In this document: positions 1 to 15,054 of the stretch, piece by piece
How positions within the stretch are numbered: the stretch's first letter is position 1
Layout of the letters: the number at the start of each line of letters is the position of its first letter
From: Eledone cirrhosa
Lineage: Eukaryota
NCBI GenBank assembly: GCA_964016885.1
Contig: OZ024745.1
Location: 52,886,001 to 52,950,000, forward strand
Reading direction: 5' to 3'
DNA: 64,000 nucleotides
Notes under the pieces: generated by a model
What the model saw: only the letters and a program-made list of their open reading frames with translations
Told to the model about the DNA's origin: nothing
The model's database searches: none
Made by a program: the position numbers and the translations under genes

Positions 1-3
1 ATG

Positions 4-51
<48 letters not shown>

Positions 52-133
52 AAGAGAGGGAGAGAGAGAGAGAGAGAGGGAGAGAGAGAGAGAGCGAGAA
101 TTTGTGTGCGAATGAGAGAGAGAGAGAGTGAGA
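1..133. repeat. (TA)n-(GA)n compound microsatellite
   Basis: Directly visible dinucleotide runs. Confidence 0.95.
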
Positions 134-439
134 GGAAGAATGATATATTAGAGGGATTGTATAAAGTAAAGTATAGAGAAAACTATGAGCTTTTAGTAAT
201 GCGCAAGGGGTTGTATCACTTGTACTCTACAATCATGTGCTCTACAATCACTATACCTTGAATACATTGGGATTAATAAATATAGTTTAATACTTCGTGG
301 TAATTTGTATATCATCCTTTGAAAATGTTATTTGATCCCAAGAAATTCTCCGCTTAAACACGTATAATTTGGACATAGATACAAAAATTTACAGCTTCTA
401 TGCATACACTAAAGACAGTAAGATTAATGTATGGTATTG

Positions 440-1200
440 ATTTGTGCATTTCATTTTGTGTATCTAATGATAATTGATACTGTTGATTTTGTGTTCCACT
501 AATCCTTATACCCCATCTGGATGTCTCCTTAACAATCAACAGTTTCTCACAGTCTTAAAATGTTTAAATGTGTGATCAGCTTTACTGTGTGGTTGAACGG
601 TTCATAAACATTTGGATATATGTGCATTAATACACCTTTCTCCCTGCTACTAATTGATAACTAGTTACAACTGAAGGTTTAGTAAGATGAAATGCATATA
701 GATTGTAACATTATGTCATCCGTTTTCCATCTATACCCAGTAAGGTATGCATTCCAAACGTAAATGTCAGAATGTATGTCAATTTGGGCTCTACTTTGCT
801 GCCATTGTCACTGGCTTTCTATCTAAATATCAATTCTTCTATGCTTCTCAATTATATACATCTAATATCATTGGATTTATGACCAAGTCAACTATATATT
901 TCTTTAAATATTGGATTATTTCTGACTACGCAGGTTATAGAATCCGTATGCTGATCTCTATTTGTTCTTGGTGTCATTAGCAATGTTAATTGGGAAACGA
1001 ATTTGATTGCAACTGATATCCACTATCTAGCATTCATTACTCATCATAATATTGATTTAACATACAAATGATTACGCTATACCCTGCTATATATACCAGT
1101 CAAATTTCCTTCAAATCACCTTCTACCCACTTAAAACGTCTGTATACTAATATAGATCTCATGCCAATATTTCTGATAACACTCAGAATGTTCTATAATT
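440..1200 (-). mobile_element. Highly decayed RTE-clade LINE reverse transcriptase remnant
   Basis: Minus-strand fragments in RT order: GIDGKRMT*CYNLY (like GIDGKDIRIIQNLY) and GIRISG..NQQYQLSLDT (like GIKIGGRNINNLRYADDT). Many stops and frameshifts; boundaries approximate. Confidence 0.4.
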
Positions 1201-1530
1201 GTAATTATTTGCAACAGAGATCTGCCCACAGAAAGTTTAACTGCAGCTAAGCAACAGCTGTAAAAGAAAATTTTAAATTAAAACTGAAAATTTCGTCGGA
1301 ATTAATCTCGCAAACCTAAATGCATTACTCCCTACTTCTAATGCAAATGTAGGTGCTGTAATAAACTATGTAAATTCTTATATCACTATATTTTTAACTT
1401 TATGAAATAATTTCTGATTATGAATACGCATTCTGGCTGAGACGTAAATACATAAATAAGAATATAGTTTTTGTCACTGAGAGTAGAAATCATTTAATAT
1501 TATTGATATTTGCTGTGTGTGCAAGATAAT

Positions 1531-1700
1531 GGATTGGCAGAATCAGTAGGGCGACAGACAACAAGCTTTGCCACATAGAGTTACATTCCTGTACGTTCTG
1601 ATTTCAAATCCAACCGAGGTTAGCTTTGCTTTTTATTCTTACGGGTGTCGATAAAATATTTACCAGAAACACACTGGTGTCGATTTAATCTATTCCCCTC
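1531..1700 (+). mobile_element. Decayed tRNA-derived SINE, same family type as 9188 and 32242
   Basis: ggattggcagaatc..tagggcg head, TTCAAATCC B-box-like motif, then gaggttagctttgc...gtcgataaaata..accag central domain. Confidence 0.6.
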
Positions 1701-4700
1701 CGAAATTATTAGCGTTGTATAAACCAAAATTTGGTGTATGTTTTACGATTGTAGATACGGAATTTTGTTCTATATACATCTAAGCAAGATATTTCAATAT
1801 ATTCTACTTCTGCCAAATAATCGTTCTCTGAAGAATTTGACACAACGCACATATAATTCTATATCCATTCAAAGCTCTAAATTTGGAAAATATTGTTTCT
1901 ATTACATATCAAATTTTACTTTGCAATAAGAATCATTGCTGCCAAGATCATCACAACATTACAGCCAACCATTGTAAAACGTTTGATACAATAGATGCAA
2001 ATATTTACTGGATTTTAATGTAACACGACTGAGACTTGGCACCCATTAATATATTTAGACGATATATTCTGGTTGAAATTTGGTGCTATACATCTTTCCA
2101 ATGTCATTTCATTACGAACAGGTCTTATATATGTATTTGATCTGCGGTTGGTATATAATTTGATTTAAATTACATAAAGCACATGTTCCAACAATAACTG
2201 CATGCGTATATCTTATCCACACTTTCAATATTGTGTCTGCTGTTGAAATCCGGTGCATGTCTGAGCCATATACATAGTGATTCGGTTATATTAGTTAATT
2301 TGAGAAGATATTGAAGTACCATAGCATATTTCCTGAGTGTAGTTGACTAGATCTCACTTGAAATATATTTCGGTTGTTAAAGTTATGTTACCCACGCCTG
2401 CGTCTCTTTGGCAATAGTGAGTACTAAATACAGATGTATATCTCGCTCAGAAAGAGTTAAATACGTAAATGACTGTCGAAAGACCAAAGACATTATTTAA
2501 AATAATAAATGTCATGAATGTTTCTCATTGTATCTTCCTCTAAATATGTTTGACGTTTCCCAATAGAAAGGAAATTGTGTTTGCAATATTAAATGTCACG
2601 AGTTCCTGACAGAACTGCTTCACTCCGATCATAAATTAATGTTTTACAATTTATAAGCTTTCTATCTTACATGTTTTTCTTTTACGGAAATAATATACGA
2701 TATGTCTGCCACAGAAGAACATTATATTACGCCTTATTCATTGGTAATAATATTTTTTCTGTTATTTTCTTTAACTTCAAATGCCCTCAGTTGTGTTATG
2801 AAATGCTCAAACTTTGGGAAATAATATCAATTTCAGTGTCACTTTTTTTAATGTTTAGATTGGTTTTATTCAGTTCAACAATAATGAAAGGTTATATCGT
2901 AACTATAGAGACTTGCTTGTGAATACAAACACGAATTGGTATGTTTATGTTATGAGATTAAAAACAGTTCTGTAGAGAATCTAGCATTCAGTCACTTTCA
3001 TAATTCTCTAAACAATATTTACCACTATATTAACATAGACGTTTATGGAGAATACACACAACTCAATTCCACCTTGTGTGCTATAATCATTTTCGATTGT
3101 AAGCCTACAGGTTGTGGGTAATGGTAATTTAAACCAGATAAGCGAAGCTTCGTTTAAAACTATTTGGATGATAACTATTCATGTAACGTGTCAATGAACA
3201 TTAAACATCAGATGTCGAGAATGTTTCGTTTAACATTTAATCTAGATATATAACACAAGGATAATATTATTTGTTGGACAACAGGAACAGCATTAATCTT
3301 TAATTTGACAGGAACACAAGTTTGTATTACTCTACCTGTCAATTTAATTACTAACTTTTGTCACATATCTCAAGTATTATATTAATATGTTTTCCTTTAC
3401 GATAAATGACATTTTAAATATAAATATAAATTTTCCTGAAAATATTCCGAATTACTTTCATATACACTTTGTAATGTTACACGCAAATACATCATCATAT
3501 GTAAGCAAGTATATATATGTATATGAGCATGTATGTATGTATGTATGTATGTATGTATGTATGTATGTATGTATGTATGTATTATCACCTGATTTGTCAT
3601 TGCCGAGGTCGGAGTCGGTCTGAGAATCTATTCTGTACTAAAATTCTTCAAACGGATTCAGCCCCATATAGACCCTAACAACATAATCTCATTTTCCCTC
3701 CTTTCCATTGTTGAGATTTTTGCAACTGTCTGTGAGAAGGGACAAAGGTGAGTTACTGTCACCTTAAAATCATTTGTTCATAGTGAATAGACCCCTTCGG
3801 TGTCTTTCCTCAAGATTGTATAGACGCAAATATCTAGATATCTTCATTGAAATAACACCTACTTCATTACTAAACAAGAGCTCATGCCCTAGCTTGCTTC
3901 TGGACGTCTTCCTTTTGTAACTGTCAGTCTTTACACTGTTGTACAAGCTGTTGTTGTTTATCAACCCAGCGTGAACATTGTTGAGAGCCGTAATCTAATC
4001 TGTATAATCAAAGTGGCATTATATATTATCAAAAGTACTTTTGGCGATAGAAAGACAGCGAGACGTACAGTTTGACAGTCTGGAGATACGTAGTTCTTGA
4101 CCTGCACTTAAGGTTGTTTCTCGTCAAACTAGACAGTGCTTATATTTGGTTACTCCATTGGTGTCTGACTAGCGCCACTATGATCAGCCCTATTCACCAG
4201 ATTTCTGGAAAGGTTTAGTAATGGTGACGTAAAGATTGCATTCCTCATATCTGTCTGACTAGCTTGACACAGCTGATCGGTGTCCATTTATGAGCTCGAC
4301 ATAACAGAGGCAACAAAAACAAAAATGATAATACCAAAAATTCAAATCAACTTAGGTAGTTGGAATATGTGAATATGTTGACAATGCAAATGGATTATCT
4401 CATTGCAAACGTGACCCCTTAAATTTCAACCCTTAGCAGTAATGAACAAGCTTGATATAACTCAACCACACACATGAAATATAGAGGGATCATGTCCCAA
4501 CATGGATGCACCCAGGACCCCGATAGGAGCACTTAATTACGCAAATATGATATTACCGATGTCTAATGTCAATTCTATGCGGGATTTTGAGTGCTGAAAT
4601 GACTAGTATTGAGGAAGAGAAAATACATTTAGCAATAAAGCCTGCTACAAGAAATCATCACACTATTAAGTTTCTAAAACGCTTTGATTTTAGTTAGCTG

Positions 4701-5959
4701 AGATCTCCACAAATTCAAATCACTTTGCGCGAACGTATTACTACCATCATTGACTCTTCTTTATAGTCTGTACTCAGATGGGGTCTTGCCAATACAACAC
4801 ATCCAACTCCTCGAACCACACCAGCGAAAATCAAGGATTTGTTTGTTGAGGATGTTGAGGGGATAAAAGCTATATTGTTGAAGAAGAATGACAGGTTGTA
4901 AATGTTGCCAAAAAGGCATATCGAGAGAAATGATATCTCTACTATCAGAAAGTTTCAAAATACCAAACCTAATGCTCAGCGTATATGTAAAGACAATCTG
5001 TTCAAAACTTCCATGAACCTTAATTTGATGAATTTACCCCGTGGACCAGTATCCACTAAAATAACACCACGTATATCGACGAATGGTACAAATCTAGCAG
5101 ACATGGTTCGCAATAGTTAAAGGATGCTAGGGATATTTCAATGATGTATTGAATAGTGATTACTTTAATTTAGTTAGAGCTGCAGGAAAGCATGATAAAA
5201 AAAAACTTAAACTATTCTTAAATACATATATTCTGATTTACAAGAAATAATTGCTCAAATATCTGGAAACAGGTTTAATCTTACAATTTATTCGATGTCA
5301 TATTTATTATAGATCAGGCTATAGGATTGTTCAAGTTTATGCTTCCAGGTGTGACAACAATAAATCCGGAATGCTTCGAAACATATTTCTTGTACTTGTG
5401 AAAATAAAACACACATTATAAATTACTTCCCTGGTCTGTCTTGTTTATTTTTTTATTCACACCACATAATTATTTCTAAATTGCCTTTAATGTTACCCTG
5501 CAGGAAATATATTAACACTGAAGTCAATTTTAACTCTTCTGAGGACGTTTATGTTACACATATAATTTAGTATTGATTAAAATCGATACATCTTGATCTT
5601 ACTCATGTAAAGTATTCCCTTCACGTGTATAATAACATATATCATGGAGTTCTTGAAGGAGAATACTCGCAAAAGAAGATTCTGTGGGCAATGCGCATTA
5701 TTGTCTCATTTCATTCGGCATAATTCTACGATACTTTACTCGAAAAGGAATAAAAGTTAAGTTCATAGCCCCTCAAAACGCCTGGAGTAATTTATCAATG
5801 TAGATATAATACCAATATAATGATAACTGTATATTCTTGATATATTTCATCCAAAAGTTATAAAACTTCTGCACTTCGATTTATATCGGCTAATGCAGAA
5901 ATAACCTGAAGGTAGATATATCACATATGAAAGGTGTTAGATTGTATGCTTATATGCAT

Positions 5960-6097
<138 letters not shown>

Positions 6098-6478
6098 TGA
6101 ATATGAATAAAAATAGACAAGGGGTAAAATGTCCTCATCAGTAGTCTGCTGTTTATCGTTGGTATTTTGACGCATTAAAGACTAGATACCCAAAATCAGT
6201 GCGAGCGATAACTCAATTAAGATATCGGGACAGGGGGAAAACAGAGGGAAGGAAACAAACACATGGTGGTATGCAACGTAAAGAGAGGAAAATAGAGACA
6301 AGTCAATGAATCCTGTGGGCTTAAGTCCGACAAATCAAATTGACGAGTAGAAATAGACACGTCCGAGCCGCGAGAAGATTGAGAGAGGAAAGAATTTCAA
6401 GCAGCTCAGACAGGAGGAAGTGAGAGAGATACATATATATTTATATATATATATAAATATATATACATATATATATAC

Positions 6479-6509
<31 letters not shown>

Positions 6510-7630
6510 CATAAATATGTGTGGGGCGTGTGGATTGGGGGTGGGTGGGGTTTGCTGGTGTTACGCACTCTTATGTATTTACGTCCACATAAGTTAGGAG
6601 CCTGTGGGATCAGTGATTACGTACTGTAATCTTAGAGCACGTTACTTAATTACATATTTATAATTTAATCATTGAATACTAAGTTGTTACCATTGTTTCC
6701 TGTCTTCTTTCAGAGAATCTATAGCTGCTGGTGTGCAGTTCTGTTTGCTTTATGGCAAATTTCTCACGTTAGATAATTCTGCTCTTATTTCCTATCATAC
6801 TATAAAACAACTATGATTATTTTTATAGCCGTAGAGGAAGAAATTCTTCAAATTCAATTGTATTTGGTAAAGTTTAGAGTTCATTGAGAGTATTATTTAA
6901 TTTTTGTCGTTATTTAATACTATCTGTCATATGATTCGCCAGCTATTCATGAATTTCTTTAAAATCTGATATGTTGTCTAACGTTCATTACGTAACCCCA
7001 ACCTTTCGATAACTGGAGGAAGTATAGCTAATTTCAAATGTATGGTTGTTGTGTGACACATAACATTCGGTATTCAGAAGTGTGCAAAATAAGATTTTGT
7101 TTATCATACAAAATTGCCTGGTAGCACACTACTTTAAAATATATATTATTTATTCATTACAAAATTGTTTCGGTACTGCACATTTTCGAATGTAATCTAA
7201 ATTTCTCATTACATTTATTGTATCATTTGGTGCAACATTTCATGTTGGATTGATATGATTAGCATGATTAGGATTGATATGATTAGCATGGCATGGGTGT
7301 AAATGAGATACCACTGCACGAGCGAAAATACTGCCACAGCATAAGTGCATCAGCACTATACCATGTGGTCCATGGCTTTAAAATGGTCTGAATAAAATAC
7401 ACATAGATATTGGGTTCGTAAACATAGCATTTTTATGGTATTTTATATAAATGACGCCCGAATGGCTGAAAAGCAAATATGTTAGCGCATTTGAACCTAG
7501 ACGTTAGCAGTTATGATGAAATATTGCGAGGGTTTAATCAAACAGGTTTATAGATTTGGACTTTGAAAACAGGCGAAAATATTTATTTTTTTCGTCACCT
7601 ATTTTCAAAATCCAGCAGTTGCAAGTAGTG

Positions 7631-7674
7631 ATCGTCCTGACGAGAACCCGTCTAGTTCGAAATGCATTGACGAT
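7631..7674 (+). ncRNA. Minimal type I hammerhead ribozyme
   Basis: atcgtc-CTGACGA-gaac(ccgtcta)gttc-GAAA-tgca-TT-gacgat: perfect 6-bp stem I, 4-bp stem II, palindromic stem III, complete core, AUU cleavage triplet. Confidence 0.8.
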
Positions 7675-8555
7675 TATTCCCCTTGCTTCTGCCGAATGTT
7701 GATGTTAGCTACCATTGTTTTTCATAGCTATAACTTTCTAAATATTTATTTATAAACATACTATATTTCTTTACAAATATGAAAATCAAATACCTCATAA
7801 TATTTATTTGAATTAATCTATTTTGCTCAAAACAGCGATCCACTGCAAGTCTTTCTAATTTTTGGGATAGATTTCTACATTCTTCATCTTTTCCCTCAAT
7901 ACATGCTTAAACATCTTCTTTTGCTCGATCTGTTTCTTTTTTCTCTTAATAAGTTCCCCATAAAACAATTGCTTGTGAAGATGACATGTGGTTCTATGTA
8001 TTCCCTATAATAAACAGGCGAAACTCCGGAGTAATAAGAAACAGTATTTAGCCTTAGTAAGATGAATATTAAAACTCTACTTCGATATTGAGTACACCTT
8101 TCTCTCAACCGTCAACCACATGCGGATATATATATATAAATGTATATACAAAGTGACTGGTTCTTACGTAAAGGTGTACATATATATCATCTTTTATATA
8201 TTCTGATTCACGCATCAAGAATTGTTATGATCGTTAGTCATATGCTCAGCTTTGTATTTCAGATTCACATACATATAGTTATTCAGAATTACACCTATAT
8301 ATACAACAATATACAGTCACCCTGTCACCCAACAAACACAAATCTATATTTTCTTGCGTTATTTTATAACGATATTATTTCTAACCTATTTTTCACTGTT
8401 TCAAATTACTAGTTTTTTGTTATCATTCACAAATTTTCATTTAGTCAATAACATTTTCATAATTTTATACATTTTAACTTTATTGCATTAATTTGTTTAT
8501 TTTATCTATAATATTTGTATAATTTGTACACACACACACACACACAAATAGACAC

Positions 8556-8634
<79 letters not shown>

Positions 8635-9187
8635 TTTAAATTCAACTCCTTGCTTGTTGTTCATACATTGTTCTTTCAATTCAATATTTTTCTATGTCGT
8701 TCTACAACCAATTATTGTTTGTTTATTTCCACAGACGATATAGTACGTACAATATTTATTCTAATAGCTGAGAGGTAAAACATCATACGCAATATAATTA
8801 TACGCGTCAATTCTTTTGATTTGGTATTTTTACATAGAACACATATATATACAGGTACAGATGTGTGCGTGTATATACGCATACTCATTGGAGTGTCTTT
8901 GTATATAATACATACACACACACACTGATATATATATAGGTGTATGTGTGTGTTTATCATTTGATAATTGATTCTGCTCACTTTGTGTAGTCCCACAGGT
9001 AACATCATATTCTAGAACAATAAGGTGCAGTTTTTCAAACAATACAACAACAGAAAGAGCAGCATCGCAATCATGAAACATCACAAAGAATATCAGGAAT
9101 GCATACGTTTATATATATTTAGATATATAATATAGCATACACAATGTGTATGTGTATTCCACATATATTTTCATATATAGATATATA

Positions 9188-9373
9188 ATTGTTTCTACTT
9201 TTGGCACAAGGCCAGCAATTACCCAGTGTATTGCTGGTACTTTATTTTATCAACCCCGCAAGGATGAAAGGCAAAGTTAACCTCGGCGGGATTTGAATTC
9301 AGAATGGCAAGGGCCGTAACTCTATGCGTCAAAGCATGGCGTCCGACCCTCTACCGATACTGCCAATCCACCG
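9188..9373 (-). mobile_element. tRNA-derived SINE
   Basis: Reverse complement reads head...TTCAAATCCCGCCGAGGTTAACTTTGCCTTTCATCC...GATAAAATAAAGTACCAG...GGCCTTGTGCCAA..AGAAACAAT. A closely similar copy is at 32242-32430. Confidence 0.85.
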
Positions 9374-9939
9374 ATATATAATGTTGTCAAATATTATGTG
9401 TGGAAGTATTACCTAAATCAATGCAATTTTATAGTTTTACCCGGTGATTTATTTTCTAGAAGCTCCAGTTAACGACCTGATTGGAAAGCCAGCAGTCCAT
9501 CTGAGGAAGGAGCCCCGCTTGTTGGGGTGACGCTGGCCATCGTCCGCGGTAATTGTTTTGCGACCATGTCCGTGCGGCGCAGCCCGAACTCGTGGTTGCC
9601 TGGGCCTAGAGCCCATTACCCTCCTTTTTCCCCTCCCATTCTTCTGTGATCCTAGTTCTCTTGCCTTCGCCTTCTTTTTATTTTTTTTATTATTTGTAGT
9701 GATGTTATTATTTGAAATAGATTGATTTACCAATATTATTTTTATTTTTATTTATAAAAGATTTTTGCTATTTTGTTATTTAATCTATTTGATACACATT
9801 TCATCTCCTGAATCCAAATAATGTATATAATTAATCTTAGTCTTAATTGTGAGAATCAAAATAGTAGTCTTAAATTATCAAACGATAAATTTAGTGATGG
9901 TTTTATATCTAACAATTATTTACCTACTTTCATTTTTTC

Positions 9940-10039
<100 letters not shown>

Positions 10040-11742
10040 AGTATAGTTACAGTCATGTATCAACTTAACATTTAGTCTTTCAAATGAATCAAGTTTACGA
10101 TCTGATTCGGTTTCAATTCTGTAGGATATGTTTTTTCATCTCATTTTCAGTGCAAGAATTAAATGTGGAGGCATGAATAACAGTGAATTTGAAAAGGACA
10201 ACATAGTTGAACAATCCAAGTATTGAACGGGGCCATATTTCCCACTGATCTAGGAACCATAGCCGGTTGTGCTCTCGCCGCAAAAGATGTGGAGCTTCAT
10301 TTTTAATTTTATCTTGTCTTTATTTTCGTGTTGTTTCTTTTCAGAAAGTATTCCAATCCATCTTATTATTACACATTTAACAGATGTTTTCTAAGTGTTG
10401 TACTTTTATTGCATCTACACGATTTCCAGACATTTATGTCGATGTAGACCCTACTCAACTGTAAATCATCTGGTATCTTCTCTTTGGTATCATCTCGCTT
10501 TACAGAAATCGCAAAAACTGAGTGTAAAGGTGACGAAGAACCAAGATTCAACAACTGACCATAGACTACAGCTGTTTTACGCCGCCCCATGTAGTACTGA
10601 TATATACGTGGTTGTGTCAAACTATCTTTCGTGCTAGTTTCTTTGTTTAGAAGAACAAGAAAAGTAAACTACATTACTTAACCCTATCAATCGAGTTGGT
10701 GTCTTACCAAACAGAGACATTCATTTCTATTTCCCTTAGAATGTATGAAGAAGACCGTGCTTGCATACGCGATGCAAAGTGGGGATATATAGTATTTTTG
10801 CCAGCCACCCTCACCGTCGCCTACTAATATATCTCATATTTTGTAACATTTAACAGCTATGTTTGTATCCTTGATTCTGTTCATACAAACCTACGATTTT
10901 TCTTGCATCATTTCTCCCGAAACCTTTATTGGGCCCGGCCTAAACACCCAACTCCTCCAGCACTTTTACAACAACACTCTTGTACTACCAATTCACCAAC
11001 ACGACCATAGAAACAAATTTATTTTACTAACGCTAATCAATTATAGTAACACACCACTCATGCATCAACACACATGAACAACACCCAACTCCCACCAACA
11101 AAACCACCTAAATCGATCAAATATACACATTTATTCCTAACGCTACTAAGTAACTAACTAATCAAACTAACACATTTAACTATACTACACTAAGTCTAAA
11201 CTGCTTTACTGCTAGTATACACGCTCACACGCACTCTAATACCACCGCCACAAAATAGGCAGAACAGCTTGCTCTCACGGTGAGCCAGTATCACTAACCT
11301 ACCCCTTCATTCTTTGTCGCCACATATTCACCTAATGCCACTTCCGTGTTTAGTATGCCAAGCACAGTCACGCATTCGGCAATTACTCTGTCACCTTCCT
11401 GAAATCGTCCAGCTTTGACCGCTACCCTCCATTATTTCCCGTATGTTGCGTTTCCAGATAGCCATACAGTCTGATGCACTCACACGATTAAACACATTCA
11501 CATAGACAGAGTAATAACATCCCTTATATCTGAGGGGCACTCATATATGATATAACGTTCAGCCATCCTGGTTTTGCCCGATAATAACTAAAGTAACAGG
11601 CATATATGCCCTATGCTGGTTGAAGTTTGAAATCTTAGGTAGCATGCATGTGTATCGAGATCTTATTCATATAACATATTTTGGCTCAGTATATCACATA
11701 GATGGCAATTTTCCGTGATCTATTACTTCGGAAACTTTTGGC

Positions 11743-11891
<149 letters not shown>

Positions 11892-12201
11892 AGAAACAGA
11901 CTTATAGAGGGATAAGTATGCATATATATTAAATGAAAATCATCCATATCAATAAAATATTATGTTCTACACTATTTTTTTAGTGTATGTTGAAGAAATT
12001 TTGACGAATAATTCTGAAATCACATGTATCTCACTTTGGTGGCGCCATTTTTATCAATGTGCATATTATTGTGTGGATTGTACATATACCCTTCCATAAA
12101 TATGCGCACACACACACATACACACATTGTACGTGAACATATGTATATATGCATGAGTGTCGTTTTATATACATTTACATGTATATGTTATAGTATGTAA
12201 T

Positions 12202-12246
<45 letters not shown>

Positions 12247-13329
12247 GTGTGTGTGTGTGTGTGTAAGTGTGTATGTGTGTATGTGTGTGTGTGATTGCAT
12301 TTGTGAATTTCTGATTATGTGAGCATGTGTGTAGATGTGTGTCAGTAAATACTTGTGAGTTTGTGCATGCGCGTCTATATTTTATTTCTTTTGTGTTTAT
12401 GCATATGATATATTATATCCTGTAATCCAGTTGGTGCATATAGAATTCAATATTACAAGATAAGGGGGGGATCTTTTTTTTTACTATTTCTAATTTTTTG
12501 TTTGGTTTATTATATTTTTACGGGAAATTATCTTTCCTTTTTTCTTCGTTATGCATGAGTATGAAAATCAAATTTCCAATGTTCTTTTTCCTGCCAACTT
12601 GTGTGCGCTACATTTATTATCAAAAGGAGAAAATATCGATTTATTCCATAGATTAGAGCTTACACCCCAAGATTGAAGTCAGCCACCTTGCTTACAATGC
12701 ATAAATAAACTACTAAATTAAATTAAACGAAAACGTAAATACATGTTAGTAGAAATACGTTCATAATTTTATTAAAAGATTTATGTGGTTTTGCTTTGCT
12801 TTTATTACAGTATAGGAAAATTACTAATATTTTGTTACAGCTTCTAAATATTAGGAATACGAAGGTCTTTGTTGGTTTTAATGACCAGAAATTATAGTTA
12901 CATCTAAAGGCTAGGAAGTTTTTTATTGAAATACTCATATAGATTAATCAAAGCAAGCCATTATTTACTCTATCGGCAATCGAAGCCATACTATGTCATA
13001 CATATAAACGATGTTATATATCTTTGTATATATCAGAGTAGTAAGGATTGAGTCAGAAAAGTTTTTGATGGATGGAGTAAAGAAATAGAATATCTTCTGA
13101 ATCTATTCATTCGAGAATTTATATTAAGCTGTATCGAACCAATAAAAACAATAAAACGCAGGTAATTCCTAATTATGCACAGCAACAAACAATGTATGTG
13201 TTACAAACAGAGAAATACTAGTAGAAAATTAAAGTACTGTATCTTAGGAAAGCAGAAGTGGTCGATTGAGACTAATACAAATTGCTATCGCAAAATTAGG
13301 AAAATATGAATACATATATATATATACAT

Positions 13330-13517
13330 AACGAAGGAAGGGTGGTAAGGAACCAGATGGACCATAACGCACCAGAGTACTCAATACTTAGGGTAGTAGA
13401 GTTGGTAATAGGAAAAAGTTTAACCCCGACGGTATAGCTCAAGCCGTTTCGACTGCTATTTCTGAACTCACTCAGAAACAGCTTGAGCTCTGCCGTTGGG
13501 GTTAAACATTTTCCTAT
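13330..13517 (-). mobile_element. Short (TA)n-embedded repeat with terminal fold-back hairpin
   Basis: Homologous in opposite orientation to 27617-27756. Arms 13408-13450 and 13475-13517 are inverted copies. (TA)n on both sides. Confidence 0.7.
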
Positions 13518-15054
13518 ATATATATATATATATACACACAATGAACAATTAAACCAGGACTTCAGATGGAATTTACAACATCATTAGTTTTACGCATGGT
13601 TCTATGAATTAGATAAAGTTTAAAGATAGAATTAGTTAAAGTAACAAATCCATTTCTAATATTTCAGTACAGTCTATGTATCTTGAAGGCTACTGATGAA
13701 AGAAATAATATCAGATTGGTGCATGTAGTATTTAATTAACTGGGAATATTTAACTACATGTTTCTACTTCATTTTCCTGCGAGAAACACACTTAAGACTA
13801 ATAAAAATAGTTATATTCTTTATATCCCCTCTAAGGTCCTTAAAAGTTACTTTCCTTTCTCCTCATCTCACGGAAATCAATTTCTTTCTTTCAATAAGAT
13901 ATGTCATGAATTAGAAGAGAAAAAGGTTTTCCTCGTATACCTACCCGAGGATATATTCAAAATCTGGTTGTATAACATAATGAGCTGATACAAGGAGGCA
14001 AGTATAATGAATCCAAATTTTGTAGTAGAAAATGGAATACACATAACCATTTTGCTGGATCGGGTTTATGCTATACATTTGGATATTCTGTCCAAGATAT
14101 ATATCGCATTATACATTTAATATATAATTCCCGCAAGGCAAGCAGACCTGGGTATTTAGTAGAGTGTCTAATTAGAAAAGAAATGAGAACTAGGGAACAG
14201 AAATAATAAAGTGTTATGCAAAGGTTGCTGAAGTGCCTAATATGGAGACCATGTCATATTTTCGCCAGCATAAATTTACAGAAGGCAGTCAGAGAATGCT
14301 TCGGTGTGTTTTTCTGTCATTTCCATTGAAAGAAGACAAATTCTCTCGTAGAAATTTACATTATTGTTTTATAACTAAAAACTATCCGAGACGAAAGTGT
14401 TATAATTACATAATATTAGCTTCGAATTACATGTAAATATACAGTACCCAGGTCCAAATTTGTGTTATTACAGATTACACAATGACGCAGAAGTCCATAC
14501 GAATATGGATGTGAGTTGGTGTTATGGTGAATCATTTTCGTGGGAACTATGTGGAGATGAGGTTAGTTTCATATTTATACTCTACATTATATATTATATA
14601 TATACTCTAGACTATATTTGTGCTATTTGATTATAGGAGTTCTCAAGTTTGCCATTTGAAGGCTCCTCCCACAACACGTGCATATGAGTGGCTTGTGAAA
14701 GCAGCACAACCTGTGTACGAGTGTGCACACAGTAAAGTAAGAGTAAGTAATGGGTTAAGTGATGAATTCAAAAATCATGTCCGGCTTCCTCACTAAATAT
14801 CTATTTGTTATACTTCTCCGGGAAATAGCAGAGGAGTTTCAGACAGGCTGTCTACGAGAACTTTGTATGGTGCTTAAAAGCCGATATAGTTTGAGATCAG
14901 TGACCTCGCAAATAAACGCCTACCTTCGAACACGGGACACCAGTGGACTGAAGAAACATGAAATGAAACAACATGCTCAAGGACACAACGCGCCGTCTAG
15001 CTCAGGAATCGAACATGAAGTCATGACTCTAAGGCATAGACTATTATATATATC

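Noticed and set aside
4740-5120. Possible decayed DNA transposase C-terminus (HTSEN, IRKFQ, KIPN-like words)
   Set aside because: The resemblance is too weak and fragmented to call without a profile search.
6120-6150. CTGATGA-GGAC on the minus strand
   Set aside because: No GAAA follows the potential stem II.
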